Shown here piece after piece: positions 10,260 to 20,883 of a DNA stretch of 64,000 bases. The stretch comes from Candidatus Krumholzibacteriia bacterium. Lineage in GTDB: Bacteria > Krumholzibacteriota > Krumholzibacteriia > LZORAL124-64-63. The first letter of the stretch is position 1, and every line of letters begins with the position of its first letter. The DNA lies in assembly GCA_963825035.1 (NCBI GenBank), contig CAWGRT010000008.1, positions 183,775 to 247,774 of the forward strand, in the 5' to 3' direction. The translations under genes were made by a program, and so were the position numbers. Below the pieces are notes generated by a model. It was given only the letters and a program-made list of their open reading frames with translations. It was not told where the DNA came from and did not search any database.

Positions 10260-13206
10260 TCACCGTCGTGCGCCGGCCGTCGCGCAGCAGCCGCCACCAG
10301 CGCGGATCGAGCACCTCGACCGCGCTCCAGCCTCCGGCCAGGTAGGCGGCCAGTTCCAGGCCGGCCCGGCGGACGATCTCGTCCACGCGGCCGGCCCGTT
10401 CCGCGTCCGCCGCCCGCCAGTCCGCGGCGTCCGGTCCGGCCGGGGCGGGCAGCTCACGTTGCAGCGCCGCCAGCTCCGGCACCACGAGCACGGCCGCGGT
10501 CCCCGCCGGGGGACCGGTCCCCGCGTCCTCCAGCAGATCCCACGAATCGGTGGGCACGGCGAAGCGCCCGTCCCGCGCCGCGCGCCAGAAGGCCCGCGCC
10601 GTCGCGCCGTCCGGCACGGCCACCAGGCGCCGCGGCCCGTCGGCCGCCGTCTCGACCACGTGGGCCAGGGCGGCGGCCAGGGCTTCGGCCCCCAGCCGGC
10701 GGCCGCCCGGGACCGGCGCCCCGGTCGGCCAGGGCCAGGCCGCGGCGTGCGCAGGTCGGTCAGGGCCAGGCGGTAGGTGGGCCCGTAGGGCGCCGAGCCA
10801 GCGGCCGAGGAGATCCTCCAGGTCCTCGCGGCACCACACCGCCCCCGTCAGCAGGGACAGGTGACGGCGCCCCCGCTGCAGCAGACCGTCGTGGCGGGTC
10901 GGCAGTCCGGCTTCGCCGGCCGCGGCCAGGCGGGCGTGCACCGCGGCGGCGTCCAGGAACACCCACGAGGCGTCGCTGCCCTCGAAGACGCCCCACAGGG
11001 CATCCAGCCGGGCCGGGTCCCGGGGCAGCTGGTCCACGTGTCCGGCCACGAAGCCGGCCTTGCGGGCCCGCTGGCCGAACTGGGCGCCCCAGCCGTCGCC
11101 GCCGTCGCCGCCGGCCAGGGAGGGTTCCTCCCGGGGCAGGTCAGCCACGCTCGCAGCGTAGCGGTCGTACAGGGGGAACGCCCCGGCGTGCCAGGGGCGC
11201 ACGGCCCGGAAATCCAGCAGGTCGCCGTTGTGGGTGGAGACCACCCGCGTCCAGTGGAACACCGCCAGCAATCCCTCCGCCGGATCGTCGGGAGCCGACC
11301 GCGTGCGGACCAGGTCGTCGAGTCGCGCCAGGGCCGCGTCGAGACGGTGGACCAACCCGTCGTGGGGAATCACCGTCACCGGGCCCACCACGTCCGCCGC
11401 GGCCGGAGCCAGCTCGGCCAGGCGGCCCATCCGGTCCAGCACCACCCGCCAGCGGGAGCGTCCCGCGCCCCAGGCTGCCAGCACCGCGGCCGGATCGCCG
11501 GTGGTGACCACCGCCACGTCGTTGCGGCCCAGGTCGGGATGGGACGTGGCCGCGGTCTCGGCCGCCCCCGCGCCACGGCCGGGCCGGGCGAAGGGATCCG
11601 GCCGCGTCCAGAGCAGGGGCACGGTCCAGGGCGCGAAGGAGGCGTCCATGGCCCGGGCCGCCTCGTCCCCCACCGTCAGCAACCGGTGGAGCACGCCTGC
11701 CGCCGCGTCGCCCCGGCCGGCCAGGGCCAGCAGTCCGGCCCGCAGGGACGGATCGCCCTGGGCCACCCGGGTGCGCAGGGCCAGCACCGCCAGCCCCGCC
11801 AGCAGGGCGCGCCCCAGGCCGGTGTCGGCCCGGGGATCGGTGGCCCAGTCGTCGGCGGGCCGCAGGTCCGGCGGGCCCAGTTCGCGCCGCCAGCCGGCTC
11901 GCCACGGCCCCCGTTCGCCCGCCGCCAGGCGGCGCAGGGTCGCCTCGTCCAGCCCGCTCCGGGGCAGGTCGGGCTCGGCCAGGGCTTCCACGAAGGAGCC
12001 CACGGGCCAGGCCGCCGGCGCCTCGTCCCAACAGTCGCCCACCGCGGCGAGGGTGGCCACGTCACGGGCCACGATGCGGTCGCCGCAGGGTTCGAGGAAG
12101 AGGTCGAGGGCGGAAGGGTCGTTCCCGGGGGTCCAGCGGGCGAGGTCGCGCGGTTCGGCGCCCCACCAGAAGACCACCGTCACCGTGCCGTCGCCCCCCA
12201 GGGCGGCGCTGGCCCAGGCCGCCGGCACGGCCCCGGCCCCGGGTTCGGGCCGGCGGAACTCGATGCGCGCCACGGCCGTGCCGTACCGGCCCGCCTGCTC
12301 GCTGCCCGCGGCCAGCCCCGCCGACTGCAGGGCGCCGAGGGCCTCCTCGTAGCGGGGGACGGGGAAGTGGGCCGCGTCCACGTTGGCCAGCAGCTCGAGG
12401 GTGCGGACCCGGGCCTCGTCGGCCCGCGGGCCCGGCTCGGGGTTGGTCTGCAGGTAGGCCCGGTACAGGCGCACGCTGGCCTCGGCGTCTCCCTGCAGAC
12501 GGTCGGCGGTCACGGCCTCGAGCCACGCCCGCTCCTCGGCCAGTCGGCCCGACGAACCGAAGTAGCGGGGTTGCAGGAGCTGCAGCACCGCGGCCGCCCA
12601 CTCCCGCGCCGGCCCCGAGCCCCGTTCCAGGCGCCCCTGGTCCAGGAAGATCTCCAGGAGGTCGCCGCCCCGGCGGGCCAGCCAGAGACGATCCTCCTCG
12701 GTCAGGGGCACGTCGTGCCGGATCAGCCGCACGTCGAAGACCCGGGCGGTGCGGGCGGCGGTGCGGAACAGCCCCTTCAGGAGAGGGACGGCCGAGGCGA
12801 ATTCCTCCGGGAACAGGCGGCTGCGCACCACCAGGAAGAGGGCCGTCTCGAGCACGGGCTGATTGGCCTCGGCGTCGTCCTCGGGGCGCAGTTCGGCCAG
12901 GCGCACGCCGTCGCGGACGGCGCGCTCGCCGGCGGTCAGGAAATCGCCGCGGAAGGTGGTGGCGCGCCGCTCCCAGCGCCCCGCCGCAGCCGCCGCGTCC
13001 TCGGGCGGATGCCGCCCCCGCAGCAGGCGGCGCAGGCCGTCCGCCAGGCTCTCGGTCAGGAAGACGCGGCCGGGCGAGCCGTCCCGCCGCTGCTCGGCCG
13101 CCAGGTACAGGCCCTCGGCCGCCGGGAGGTCGCCCCGACCCAGGGCGCCCTCGGCGTCGTCCAGCAGGTGCCAGTAGCTGCGATCCTTCGTCCGGTCGTA
13201 CTCCAT
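10260..13206 (-). CDS. Large uncharacterised protein of ~980 aa with a TPR-like N-terminus. No recognisable catalytic motifs. The C-terminal end is uncertain and may be frameshifted into the next gene.
   Basis: ORF 10003..13206 begins MEYDRTKDRSYWHLLDDAEGALGRGDLPAAEGLYLAAEQ. Sustained protein-like composition includes VFHWTRVVSTHNGDLLDFRAVRPWHAGAFPLYDRYAAS and WVFLDAAAVHARLAAAGEAG. The frame-1 tail after RRTTVT turns low-complexity. Confidence 0.5.
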
Positions 13207-13270
13207 GGACGGAATCTAGCACGGAGGCCCGGGGCACCGGAAGCCGAAACGAGACCCGCCGCCGGCGGGA

Positions 13271-16200
13271 TCACCGGGTCAGGACGATCCGCGTGGTGTC
13301 GCTGCGTCCGCCGCTGCGCACCACGGCCAGGTAGGTGCCCGCGGCCATGATCCGGCCGTCGCCGCCGCGACCGTCCCAGAGCAACCCGTCCACCGTCCCC
13401 GCGGCCAGGGTGCGCACGCGCCGCCCCCGCAGGTCGTAGATGGTCACCTGCACCGGCACGTCGCCGCCGCCGGCCAGGCGGAAGCGGAAGCGCCCCGCCC
13501 CCGGGTTGGGAAACACCGTCAACCGCGACGCCGCCGTCACCGGCGGCGCCGCACTGACGGGCGTGTCCACGGGATAGGCGGCACTGTTGCGGCCGTCCCG
13601 CCGGGCGGAGGGCCAGCGGGCCACGGTGGCCGCCGCCACGGGGATGGGCGTGGCCGCCAGGAACTCGTCCAGCACATCCACCCGCAGCAGGGTGCCGTCG
13701 CTGCGGGGCACCAGGACCGTACCGGCGCTGCCGGTGGGCATGGCGTCCGGGCCACCCTGTTCCCGCGGCAGCCAGGAGGCCAGGGGCCGGCCGCCGGGAT
13801 CGGGCACGTACCAGGCCGCGACACCGCCCGGGATCGACGTCACCCCGGAGATCACCTCGGTCCAGTGGAAGCTGGCCAGGACCGCCGGTTCGGTGCCCGT
13901 GCCCCCCAGGATGTTCCAGGTCAAGGGCGTCGGCAGGCGGTGGCTGTCCAGCACCAGGCGGCCCTCGTCGGTGCTGGCGCGGATCTCCAGGCCGGGGCAG
14001 ATCTCGGCCCAGGCCGTGCCGTCCGGGCGCAGCACGCCCCGCGCCAGTTCCCAGGCGGCTCGGGATCCGGTGGCGCCGTTGGCCGCCAGCCCCAGCACCG
14101 ACACGCCCAGTTCGCCGGTGCCGTAGCGGCCCGTCACCACCGCCGGCCCCACGGCCACCCAGGGCCCGCCGCCCGGGCTGGCCAGGGCCGTGCCGTCGCC
14201 GACGGCCGGCGCGCCGTCGGCACCCAGCACCCGCATGGTCACCAGCCCGCCGGCCGCGTCGCGGGCGGGCAGCACCACCTCCAGGCCGCCGTCGCCGTCC
14301 AGGTCCACCAGGATCGGCGGGCTGGTCAGGGCCAGACCCAGGTCCCGGGGCCACCCGGGACGATCGGCCAGGTCCTCGTCCAGGGCGCACACGTGGCCGT
14401 CGGCGAAGGCCACCACCAGGGATTCGTCGCCGCCGGGCGTCAGGGCGCCCGCCGCCGGCGCCAGCGGCGCGGCGTGGCCGAGGCCGCGTTGCTGCCGCAA
14501 CACGCCGCCCGCCGCCCACGCCCGCGCCAGACCGGTGCCGTCCACGCTCACGACCCGCCGTTCCGTGGGTCCGGCGATGCCCACCGGTGTGGACAGGGGC
14601 ACGTTGAAGGCGAAGCTGAAGGTGGTGCGGGAACCGTCGGGCGCGAAGAAATAGGCCGCTCCGTAGTCGGTGGTGGCCACGATCTCGTCCCCCGCCTGCC
14701 CGTCCAGGTCCCAGACGAGGGGTTCGCGCCAGGCCGCCGTCGGCGGACACCGGCGGGAACAGGTAGACCGGCCAGCCCGGGCGGATCGTGCCGTCGGCCT
14801 CCAGGACGGTGATCGCGCGCGCGGCGTCGTCCACCGCCACCAGCGACGGCACCACCAGCGACGTCCGCAGGTCCGGCCCCAGGCTGCCCACGTTGGGGCT
14901 GCCGGTCAGGCGCCCCGGCAGTTCGTACCGGAAGCCCTGGGCGGCGAACCCGTCGGCCTCGCGCAGGCGCAGCGTGACCGTTCCGGAACCCGTCTTGCGC
15001 TTGACCGCCAGGAAAAGCCAGTGGGAAGCGGTCGGGTGCACGTACACGAACTCCGAGACGCCTGCGCCGGCCGCATCCCGGTGTACGGACACGTCGTCGA
15101 GGCCGCTGATGCGTCCCGCCGGATCGACCACATCCAGCATGACATCCAGGCCCGGCGCCGGCACGGCCTCCACCAGGTAGCGCACGCCGGCGATGGTGTC
15201 CAGGCGCCGGGCCGCCACCGGGCGCACGAAGTCGGCGGACAGGGTGTCCAGCTGGTCGGCCCCGGGCAGCAGGGGCAGGCAGGCGGCGCGGACCGCCGCG
15301 TCGATGCGCAGCAGGCCCCAGCCCTGCTGCGCGTCCGGTCCGTTCCAGGCCGGCAGCGGGGTCGTCCCCAACCCGTCGGCGGTCTCGGCGGTGGCGACGG
15401 GCTCGGCGGTGGCGGTCAGCAGCACCCCCCGGGTCAGGGCCGCCGTCCGATCGGCCGGCAGATCCACGCCGCGGGTGCGCAACGCCTCGTCCAGCAGCGC
15501 CACCGCGCCCACGGTGTGGGCCGCGGCCATGCTCGTCCCCCAGCGGGGCGAGTAGGTGTCGTTGGGGTCGTTGTCGGCGGCCGTCACCCGGCCGGCGTCG
15601 GCCAGCAGCCCGCCGGCGGGCGCCACCAGGTCCGGCTTGCCCTGGCCGGGCACGCCGCGTCCGCTGAAGGCGGCCACGGCACCCGCGTCGTCGACACCGC
15701 CGGCCGTCAGCACGAAGGGCAGGCGGGCGGGGTAGCCGGGGCCGGCGGGATCGTCGCCCTGGTTGCCCATGGCCGCCACCACCGTCACGCCCTCGTCCAC
15801 CAGGCGGCCCAGGGCCAGGCTGGTGCCCGCCTCGCTGTCCCAGTTGACCGCCACCAGCACGCTGCGCACGCGGTAGGTCTCGCGGTTCTCCAGCACCCAG
15901 GCGCAGGCGGCGAGGAAGTCGCCCGCCCAGGCATGCCAGGTCTGGTCGAAGTCGTAGAACTTGACGACGGTCAGGCGCAGGGCCGGGGCCATGCCGGCGT
16001 AGGCCGCGTCCAGGTGGCCGCTGCCCGCGGCCACCGACGCCAGGGCCGTGCCGTGCCAGTGGTAGTCCCAGGGTCCCTGGGCCAAGGGGAAGTCGTCGGT
16101 GACGTCGGTCCAGCCCACGACCTTGTAGCCCGCGTAGAGGGGCCAGCCGGCGTCGGCCGGGTACCAGTCGCCGGCGTCCCCCACCGCGGGCGGCGGTCCG

Positions 16201-16952
16201 TCCGCGTCGTCGTCGTCCCGGTCCCCCAGGTCGCCGTGGGCCGTGTCGCAGCCCGAGTCGAGGATGGCCACGGTGCCTGACCAGTCCCGGCCCAGGCTCC
16301 AGCCGCGTTCCCGCACCCGCGCCACGCCGGCCATGGCCTGCTGGGGCGTCACCGCCGGCACGCCGTCCCGGTCGAGCATGAGGCGGCCGCCGCCGGCGCG
16401 CGCCAGCACCGTCGCCAACCCGGTGGCGTCGCAGGAAAGGACCGCGGTGTCGAAGGCGTCGATCCGGTGCAGGACGGCCACGCCGCCGGGAGCCGCCTTG
16501 GCCGCGCCGTCCACGGCGCCGGCGGGCGGAGAGAACCACAGCAGGCGCACGCGGCCGGCGGCCCACGGTCCCCCCTGGTCCGCCAGGGCCTTGGGCACCG
16601 TCGCCGGCTCGTCGGCCAGGGCGCCGGCCTTGGCGGCCCGGCGCGGCCCGGCCGTCGCGGCCTCCCGCAGGGCCGTCCAGGCGGACTCGCCCCGGGACCA
16701 GGCGTCCAGCAGGTCTTCCACGCCGTTGCCGTCGCGGTCGAGGGTGGCGGCGAAGATCGCCGCGGAATCGTCCGAGGGAGAAGGGTAACCCGCGGCCGCC
16801 GACCTGACCGAGGTCGCCATCGCCAGGATGAGGGCGAGGCCGATGCCGACCGTCAAGGCCGGCCGACAGGTGGCGCCGGCGCGAGGGACCGGGCGATCTT
16901 TGGGATGACCGCTGGTCGGAAGCCGGGCGCAGTCTGTGCAGGTCGCGGACAT
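13271..16952 (-). CDS. Secreted subtilisin-like (S8) serine peptidase of ~1225 aa with a type IX secretion C-terminal sorting domain. One frameshift near 14700.
   Basis: Signal peptide LTVGIGLALILAMATSVRSAAA. Catalytic triad context AILDSGCDTAHGDL, HGTALASVAAG, GTSMAAAHTVGA. The frame switches at PPVSADGG / WDLDGQAGDEIVATTDYGAAYFFAPDGS. The C-terminus TVFPNPGAGRFRFRL..VQVTIYDLRGRRVRTL..GTYLAVVRSGG is a Por/T9SS sorting domain. Confidence 0.8.
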
Positions 16953-17159
16953 GGTGGGCTCCTCCGGAACACCTGTCGCCGCAGCCAGTCACCCTCACCG
17001 GCAGGTGACGACCGGCGACGACCACGTGACGCAACCGCGCGGCCGGGGTTACGATCCTTCGCGGGACGCGCCTGTCGGGGAGCCGGGGTAGCTTGCGCGG
17101 GCGCCCGCCGGGACCGGATGAAATTACGGAGCCGCCGCGACCCCCGCAACACGGTGCGC

Positions 17160-17523
17160 TCAGAACGCGCCCGGGAAGTGCCGCAGCCGGCAGCCGCGGC
17201 CGTCGCCTCCATGCTCGACGGCCACCACGTCGCACCGGCAGCCCGCGGGCGCCGCGCCGGGATGCTCGGCCAGCCAGCGGCGGGCCAGGCGCCGCAGGAG
17301 GGCCTGCTGACGGCCGCCCACCCAGGCCTCGGGCCGGTCCAGGGCGCCGACGCCCCGGGTCTTGACCTCCACGAACACCACCAGCCCGTCGCCGTTCCAT
17401 CACCAGGTCCAGCTCGCCCCCCGGCCGGCGCCAGCGCCGGTCCAGCACCCGGTAGCCGCATGAGGCGAGGAAGGCGGCGGCCAGCGCCTCGCCGGCCTCG
17501 CCCAGGTCGTGCCGCGCACCCAT
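17160..17523 (-). CDS. yraN: YraN/UPF0102 family endonuclease. Frameshift near 17390.
   Basis: MGARHDLGEAGEALAAAFLASCGYRVLDRRWRRPGGELDLVMER, then LVVFVEVKTRGVGALDRPEAW...CRCDVVAVEH, in a second frame. Confidence 0.7.
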
Positions 17524-17584
17524 GGCGCCGTCCCGTCCGGGAGGAGGTTGTCGCCGACAGCCCAGGAAGAAACGGGCCGGATCG

Positions 17585-18214
17585 TCAGAAGAGGCGGCCC
17601 TGGTCCAGCTCGACCAGGGGCTTGTAGGTGAGGCGGTGCAGAGGGCAGGGTCCCAGGCGCTGCAGGGCCTCCCGGTGGGTGGCCGCGCCGTAGCCCTTGT
17701 GGGCGGCGAAGCCGTAGCCCGGATGGTGGCGTTCCCAGGCGGTCATGATGCGGTCGCGGAAGACCTTGGCCAGGACCGAGGCCGCGGCCACGGCGGCGCT
17801 GGTGCCGTCGCCCCGCACCAGGCACTCGGCGGGTACCGGCAGGTCGGGCAGGCGGTTGCCGTCCACCAGCACCAGGTCCGGCACCGGACGCAAGCGCGCC
17901 ACCGCGCGGACCATGGCCCGCAGGGTGGCGCGCAGGATGTCGGTGGCGTCGATCTCGCCGGCCGAGACGGCGCAGGCGCCCCAGGCCAGGGCCCCGGCGC
18001 GGATCTCGCCGGCCAGGCGCTCGCGCCGCCGGGCCGTCAGCTTCTTGCTGTCGTCCAGGCCCGCGGGGCACCAGTCCGGCGGCAGCACCACGGCCGCCGC
18101 CACCACCGGCCCCGCCCAGGAGCCCCGCCCGGCCTCGTCGACGCCCGCCAGCACGAGGCGGCCGGCGTCCGACTTGGACCGGTCGAAACGGGCGAGGGCG
18201 CCGGCGGTGTCCAC
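17585..18214 (-). CDS. rnhB: Ribonuclease HII. Reads intact.
   Basis: LAGVDEAGRGSWAGPVVAAAVVL..DDSKKL..LVDGN..HKGYGAATH. Confidence 0.85.
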   Translation of the reverse strand: MDTAGALARFDRSKSDAGRLVLAGVDEAGRGSWAGPVVAAAVVLPPDWCPAGLDDSKKLTARRRERLAGEIRAGALAWGACAVSAGEIDATDILRATLRAMVRAVARLRPVPDLVLVDGNRLPDLPVPAECLVRGDGTSAAVAAASVLAKVFRDRIMTAWERHHPGYGFAAHKGYGAATHREALQRLGPCPLHRLTYKPLVELDQGRLF

Positions 18215-18218
18215 CGCG

Positions 18219-18566
18219 CTAGCGGCGGGCTTCGCGGATCCGCGCCTTGCGGCCGGTGCGGCCGCGCAGGTAGTAGAGCTTGGCGCGGCGGATGCGGCCC
18301 CTCTTGGTCACCGTGATGCCCTCGAGATTGGGGGACTCCACGGGGAAGATGCGCTCCACGCCGATGCCGCCGGAGATCTTGCGCACGGTGATGGTGCGCT
18401 CGAGGCCGGTGCCCTGCTCGGCGATGACGGCGCCGACGAAGTTCTGGATCCGGGTCTTGGCGCCCTCGGTGATCCGCACGGCGATGCTCACGGTGTCGCC
18501 GATGTTGAACTCGGGAAGATCGCCGCGCAGGCCTTCCTGCCGCATGGTCTCGACGGTGTTCATCTC
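18219..18566 (-). CDS. rplS: 50S ribosomal protein L19.
   Basis: [66 protein letters not shown]. Confidence 0.88.
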   Translation of the reverse strand, partial: EMNTVETMRQEGLRGDLPEFNIGDTVSIAVRITEGAKTRIQNFVGAVIAEQGTGLERTITVRKISGGIGVERIFPVESPNLEGITVTKRGRIRRAKLYYLRGRTGRKARIREARR

Positions 18567-18676
18567 TGCCTCCAGTTCTGCCGGGGGTCGGGAGCTCGCG
18601 CTCGCGCGTCGCATCCGGCGTCCTCACCGCCCCGGAACCCCCCGGGACGTCCTGTTGTCGATCTCGTGCGGCGCCC

Positions 18677-19405
18677 TCAGGCGCCGTCGTCGGTTCCGGC
18701 CAGCTCGGGCCGGCGTTCCCGCGTGCGTCGGTCGGCCTGCTCGCGGCGCCACGCCTCGATGTTGGCGTGGTGGCCCGAGAGCAGGATCTCCGGTACCGCC
18801 AGGCCCCGGTACGCGGGCGGCTTGGTGTACCACGGACAGTCCAGCCCGCCGCCGCGCTCGACCGTGAAGCTGTCGTTGGCCGCCGAGTCCTCGTTGTGCA
18901 GCGCCCCTTCGAGGCGCCGCACCACCGCGTCGGCGATGACCAGGGCCGGCAGCTCGCCTCCGGAGAGGACGAAGTCGCCGAGGCTGATCTCGCGGGTGAC
19001 CACCAGCTCGCGGACCCGCTCGTCCACGCCCTTGTAGTGGCCGCAGACGAGGATCAGCTCGCCCGCGTTCTCCAGCTCCGCCAGCAGGTCCAGGGTCAGG
19101 GCCTCGTCGAAGGTCTCGCCCTGGGGCGTGGTCAGGATGACGGTGGCGTCCTCCCGCGCCCGGCTGGCCTCGACCGCCTCGACCACCGGCGGCGCCATCA
19201 TGATCATGCCCGCGCCGCCCCCGTAGGCCGTGTCGTCCACGGTGCGGTGCCTGTCCACGGCGAAGTCGCGGATGTCCACGACGTCGTAGCGGACCAGTCC
19301 GGCCCGCTCGGCGCGGCCGGGGATGCTGGTGGCCAGCACCGTCCTGACCATCTCCGGGAAGAGGGTCAGGATGCGGATGACCGGCGCCTCAGGTGCGGTG
19401 GACAT
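18677..19405 (-). CDS. trmD: tRNA (guanine37-N1)-methyltransferase. Reads intact.
   Basis: [10 protein letters not shown]...[62 protein letters not shown]. Confidence 0.88.
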   Translation of the reverse strand: MSTAPEAPVIRILTLFPEMVRTVLATSIPGRAERAGLVRYDVVDIRDFAVDRHRTVDDTAYGGGAGMIMMAPPVVEAVEASRAREDATVILTTPQGETFDEALTLDLLAELENAGELILVCGHYKGVDERVRELVVTREISLGDFVLSGGELPALVIADAVVRRLEGALHNEDSAANDSFTVERGGGLDCPWYTKPPAYRGLAVPEILLSGHHANIEAWRREQADRRTRERRPELAGTDDGA

Positions 19406-19912
19406 CGAGCAGTCCTTCCGGCGGGTCGATCACCAGGTCGCCGTCGAGGCCGTCGTCCGGCCGCAGGATGGGCGCGACGGCGGGGATCAGGATCTCCCCC
19501 GACGTCGTCGGGCACCACCAGCAGCAGCTGGGTCCCGGCCCGCCGCACCTCGTCCACCGTGCCCACCACGTCGCCCGACGCGGTGACCACGCGGCGTCCC
19601 AGGTAGCGGAAGGCCAGGCCGCCCGCCGGCCGCGGGAAATCCGGGTCCAGGTAGCGGGCGCGCAGGAAGCCCAGCTCCCGGCCCAACGAGCCGTTCGGCA
19701 CCGTCGCGGTCGTCGCTGCCCTCGGGCCGCAGGGCGACGCAGCCGCCGCCAGCGGGCCGGTGGCCGTGCAGCCGCGCCGGCGTGCCGTCCGCCCACACCA
19801 GGAAGTCCGAGTCCAGCAGGGGCTCGTGGAAATCGAGCAGCGGGTAGAGTTTGACCTCTCCCTTGAGCCCGACCGCCTTGACGATCTCCCCGATGGCCAC
19901 GAACGCGTCCAT
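19389..19912 (-). CDS. rimM: 16S rRNA processing protein RimM. Two frameshifts.
   Basis: [31 protein letters not shown], then [58 protein letters not shown], then [32 protein letters not shown], across three frames. Confidence 0.8.
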
Positions 19913-19916
19913 GCCG

Positions 19917-20192
19917 CTACTCGACGATCTCGAGCCCGATGCGCTGGTCCGTGCGGGCGCTGACCGCCGCCAGCAGGACCCGCAGGGCGCGGGCGGTCTG
20001 CCCGCCCTTGCCGATCACCTTGCCCAGGTCCTCGTCGTTGACCTTCACCCGGTAGACGTCCCGGCCCTCGCGGCGCGCGATGTCCACGGTCACGTCGTCG
20101 GGATGCTCGACGAGGTTGACCACCACGTAGGAGATGAGTTCGAGCACCCGCTCCTGGCCGATGGTCAGCTCGTCCTCGTGCTCCGGCGTCAC
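19917..20192 (-). CDS. KH-domain RNA-binding protein (YlqC/UPF0109).
   Basis: RVLELISYVVVNLVEHPDDVTVDIARREGRDVYRVKVNDEDLGKVIGKGGQTARALRVLLAAVSA. Confidence 0.8.
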   Translation of the reverse strand: MTPEHEDELTIGQERVLELISYVVVNLVEHPDDVTVDIARREGRDVYRVKVNDEDLGKVIGKGGQTARALRVLLAAVSARTDQRIGLEIVE

Positions 20193-20802
20193 CTGCTCGG
20201 GAAGCCGTCCCGTTCTCCGGTGCCCCGCTCAGGTTGGTCCTTGGCCTCGGCTGCGGGCGCGTCGGCGGCGGCGTCGGCGGCGACCTCGGCGCCCTCGGCG
20301 GCTTCGCCCTCGGCGGCCGCGGGTTCGGCGGCGGCGGCGGCGGCGGCCGCGGCTTCGGCGGCCGCGGCGGCCTCGGCCTCGGCGACCTTCGCCTTGGCCT
20401 CGGCCTCGCGCTTGTCGCGGTCGTCCCGCTCGGCCTGGCGACGGGCGGCGGCGGCGTCAGCCTGGCTCTGCTTGCGGCCGGCGGCGGCCTCGCGCCACTC
20501 GGTCCATCTTCGCATCGACCTCGGCCCTCGTCCAGGCCCTGCTTGACGAGGGAGAACTTGTAGAGCACGCCCTCGGCGCGCAACAGGCTGCGGGCGGTCT
20601 CGCTCACGGTGGCGCCCTTGCCCAGCCAGTTGAGGATCTCGTCGGTGTGCAGGTCCACTTCGGCCGGCTCGGCGAAGGGGTTGTAGTAGCCGAGGTTCGC
20701 CAGGTAGGCGCCGTCACGGCGCTTGCGGCTGTCCAGGACCACGAGGCGGTAGAAGGGACGCTTCTTGCGGCCCATGCGGGTCAGTCGGATCGTCGTAGCC
20801 AC
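20189..20802 (-). CDS. rpsP: 30S ribosomal protein S16 with a long Ala/Glu/Lys-rich C-terminal tail. Frameshift near 20510.
   Basis: MATTIRLTRMGRKKRPFYRLVVLDSRKRRDGAYLANLGYYNPFA..VLYKFSLVKQGLDEG. A second frame then carries ...REAEAKAKVAEAEAAAAAEAAAAA... to the stop. Confidence 0.85.
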
Positions 20803-20883
20803 GTATCAACCTCCACTGTCGTGGTATCGCGCCGGGCACCATGCCCGACGCGCGTGCCCGGCCCCGCGGGGCCGGCTGTGCGG

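Noticed and set aside
7961-13350. Several 800-aa plus-strand ORFs (7961..10345, 9060..11507, 10861..13350), plus 14670..16280 and 16467..17627
   Set aside because: They have extreme Arg/Gly/Pro/Ala composition and no motifs, and are antisense to clearly protein-like minus-strand genes. They are typical GC-rich antisense artefacts.
14548-17523. A 991-aa minus-strand ORF starting at the yraN ATG
   Set aside because: Only the first ~45 codons (YraN N-terminus) are real. The rest is low-complexity read-through overlapping the S8 peptidase gene in another frame.
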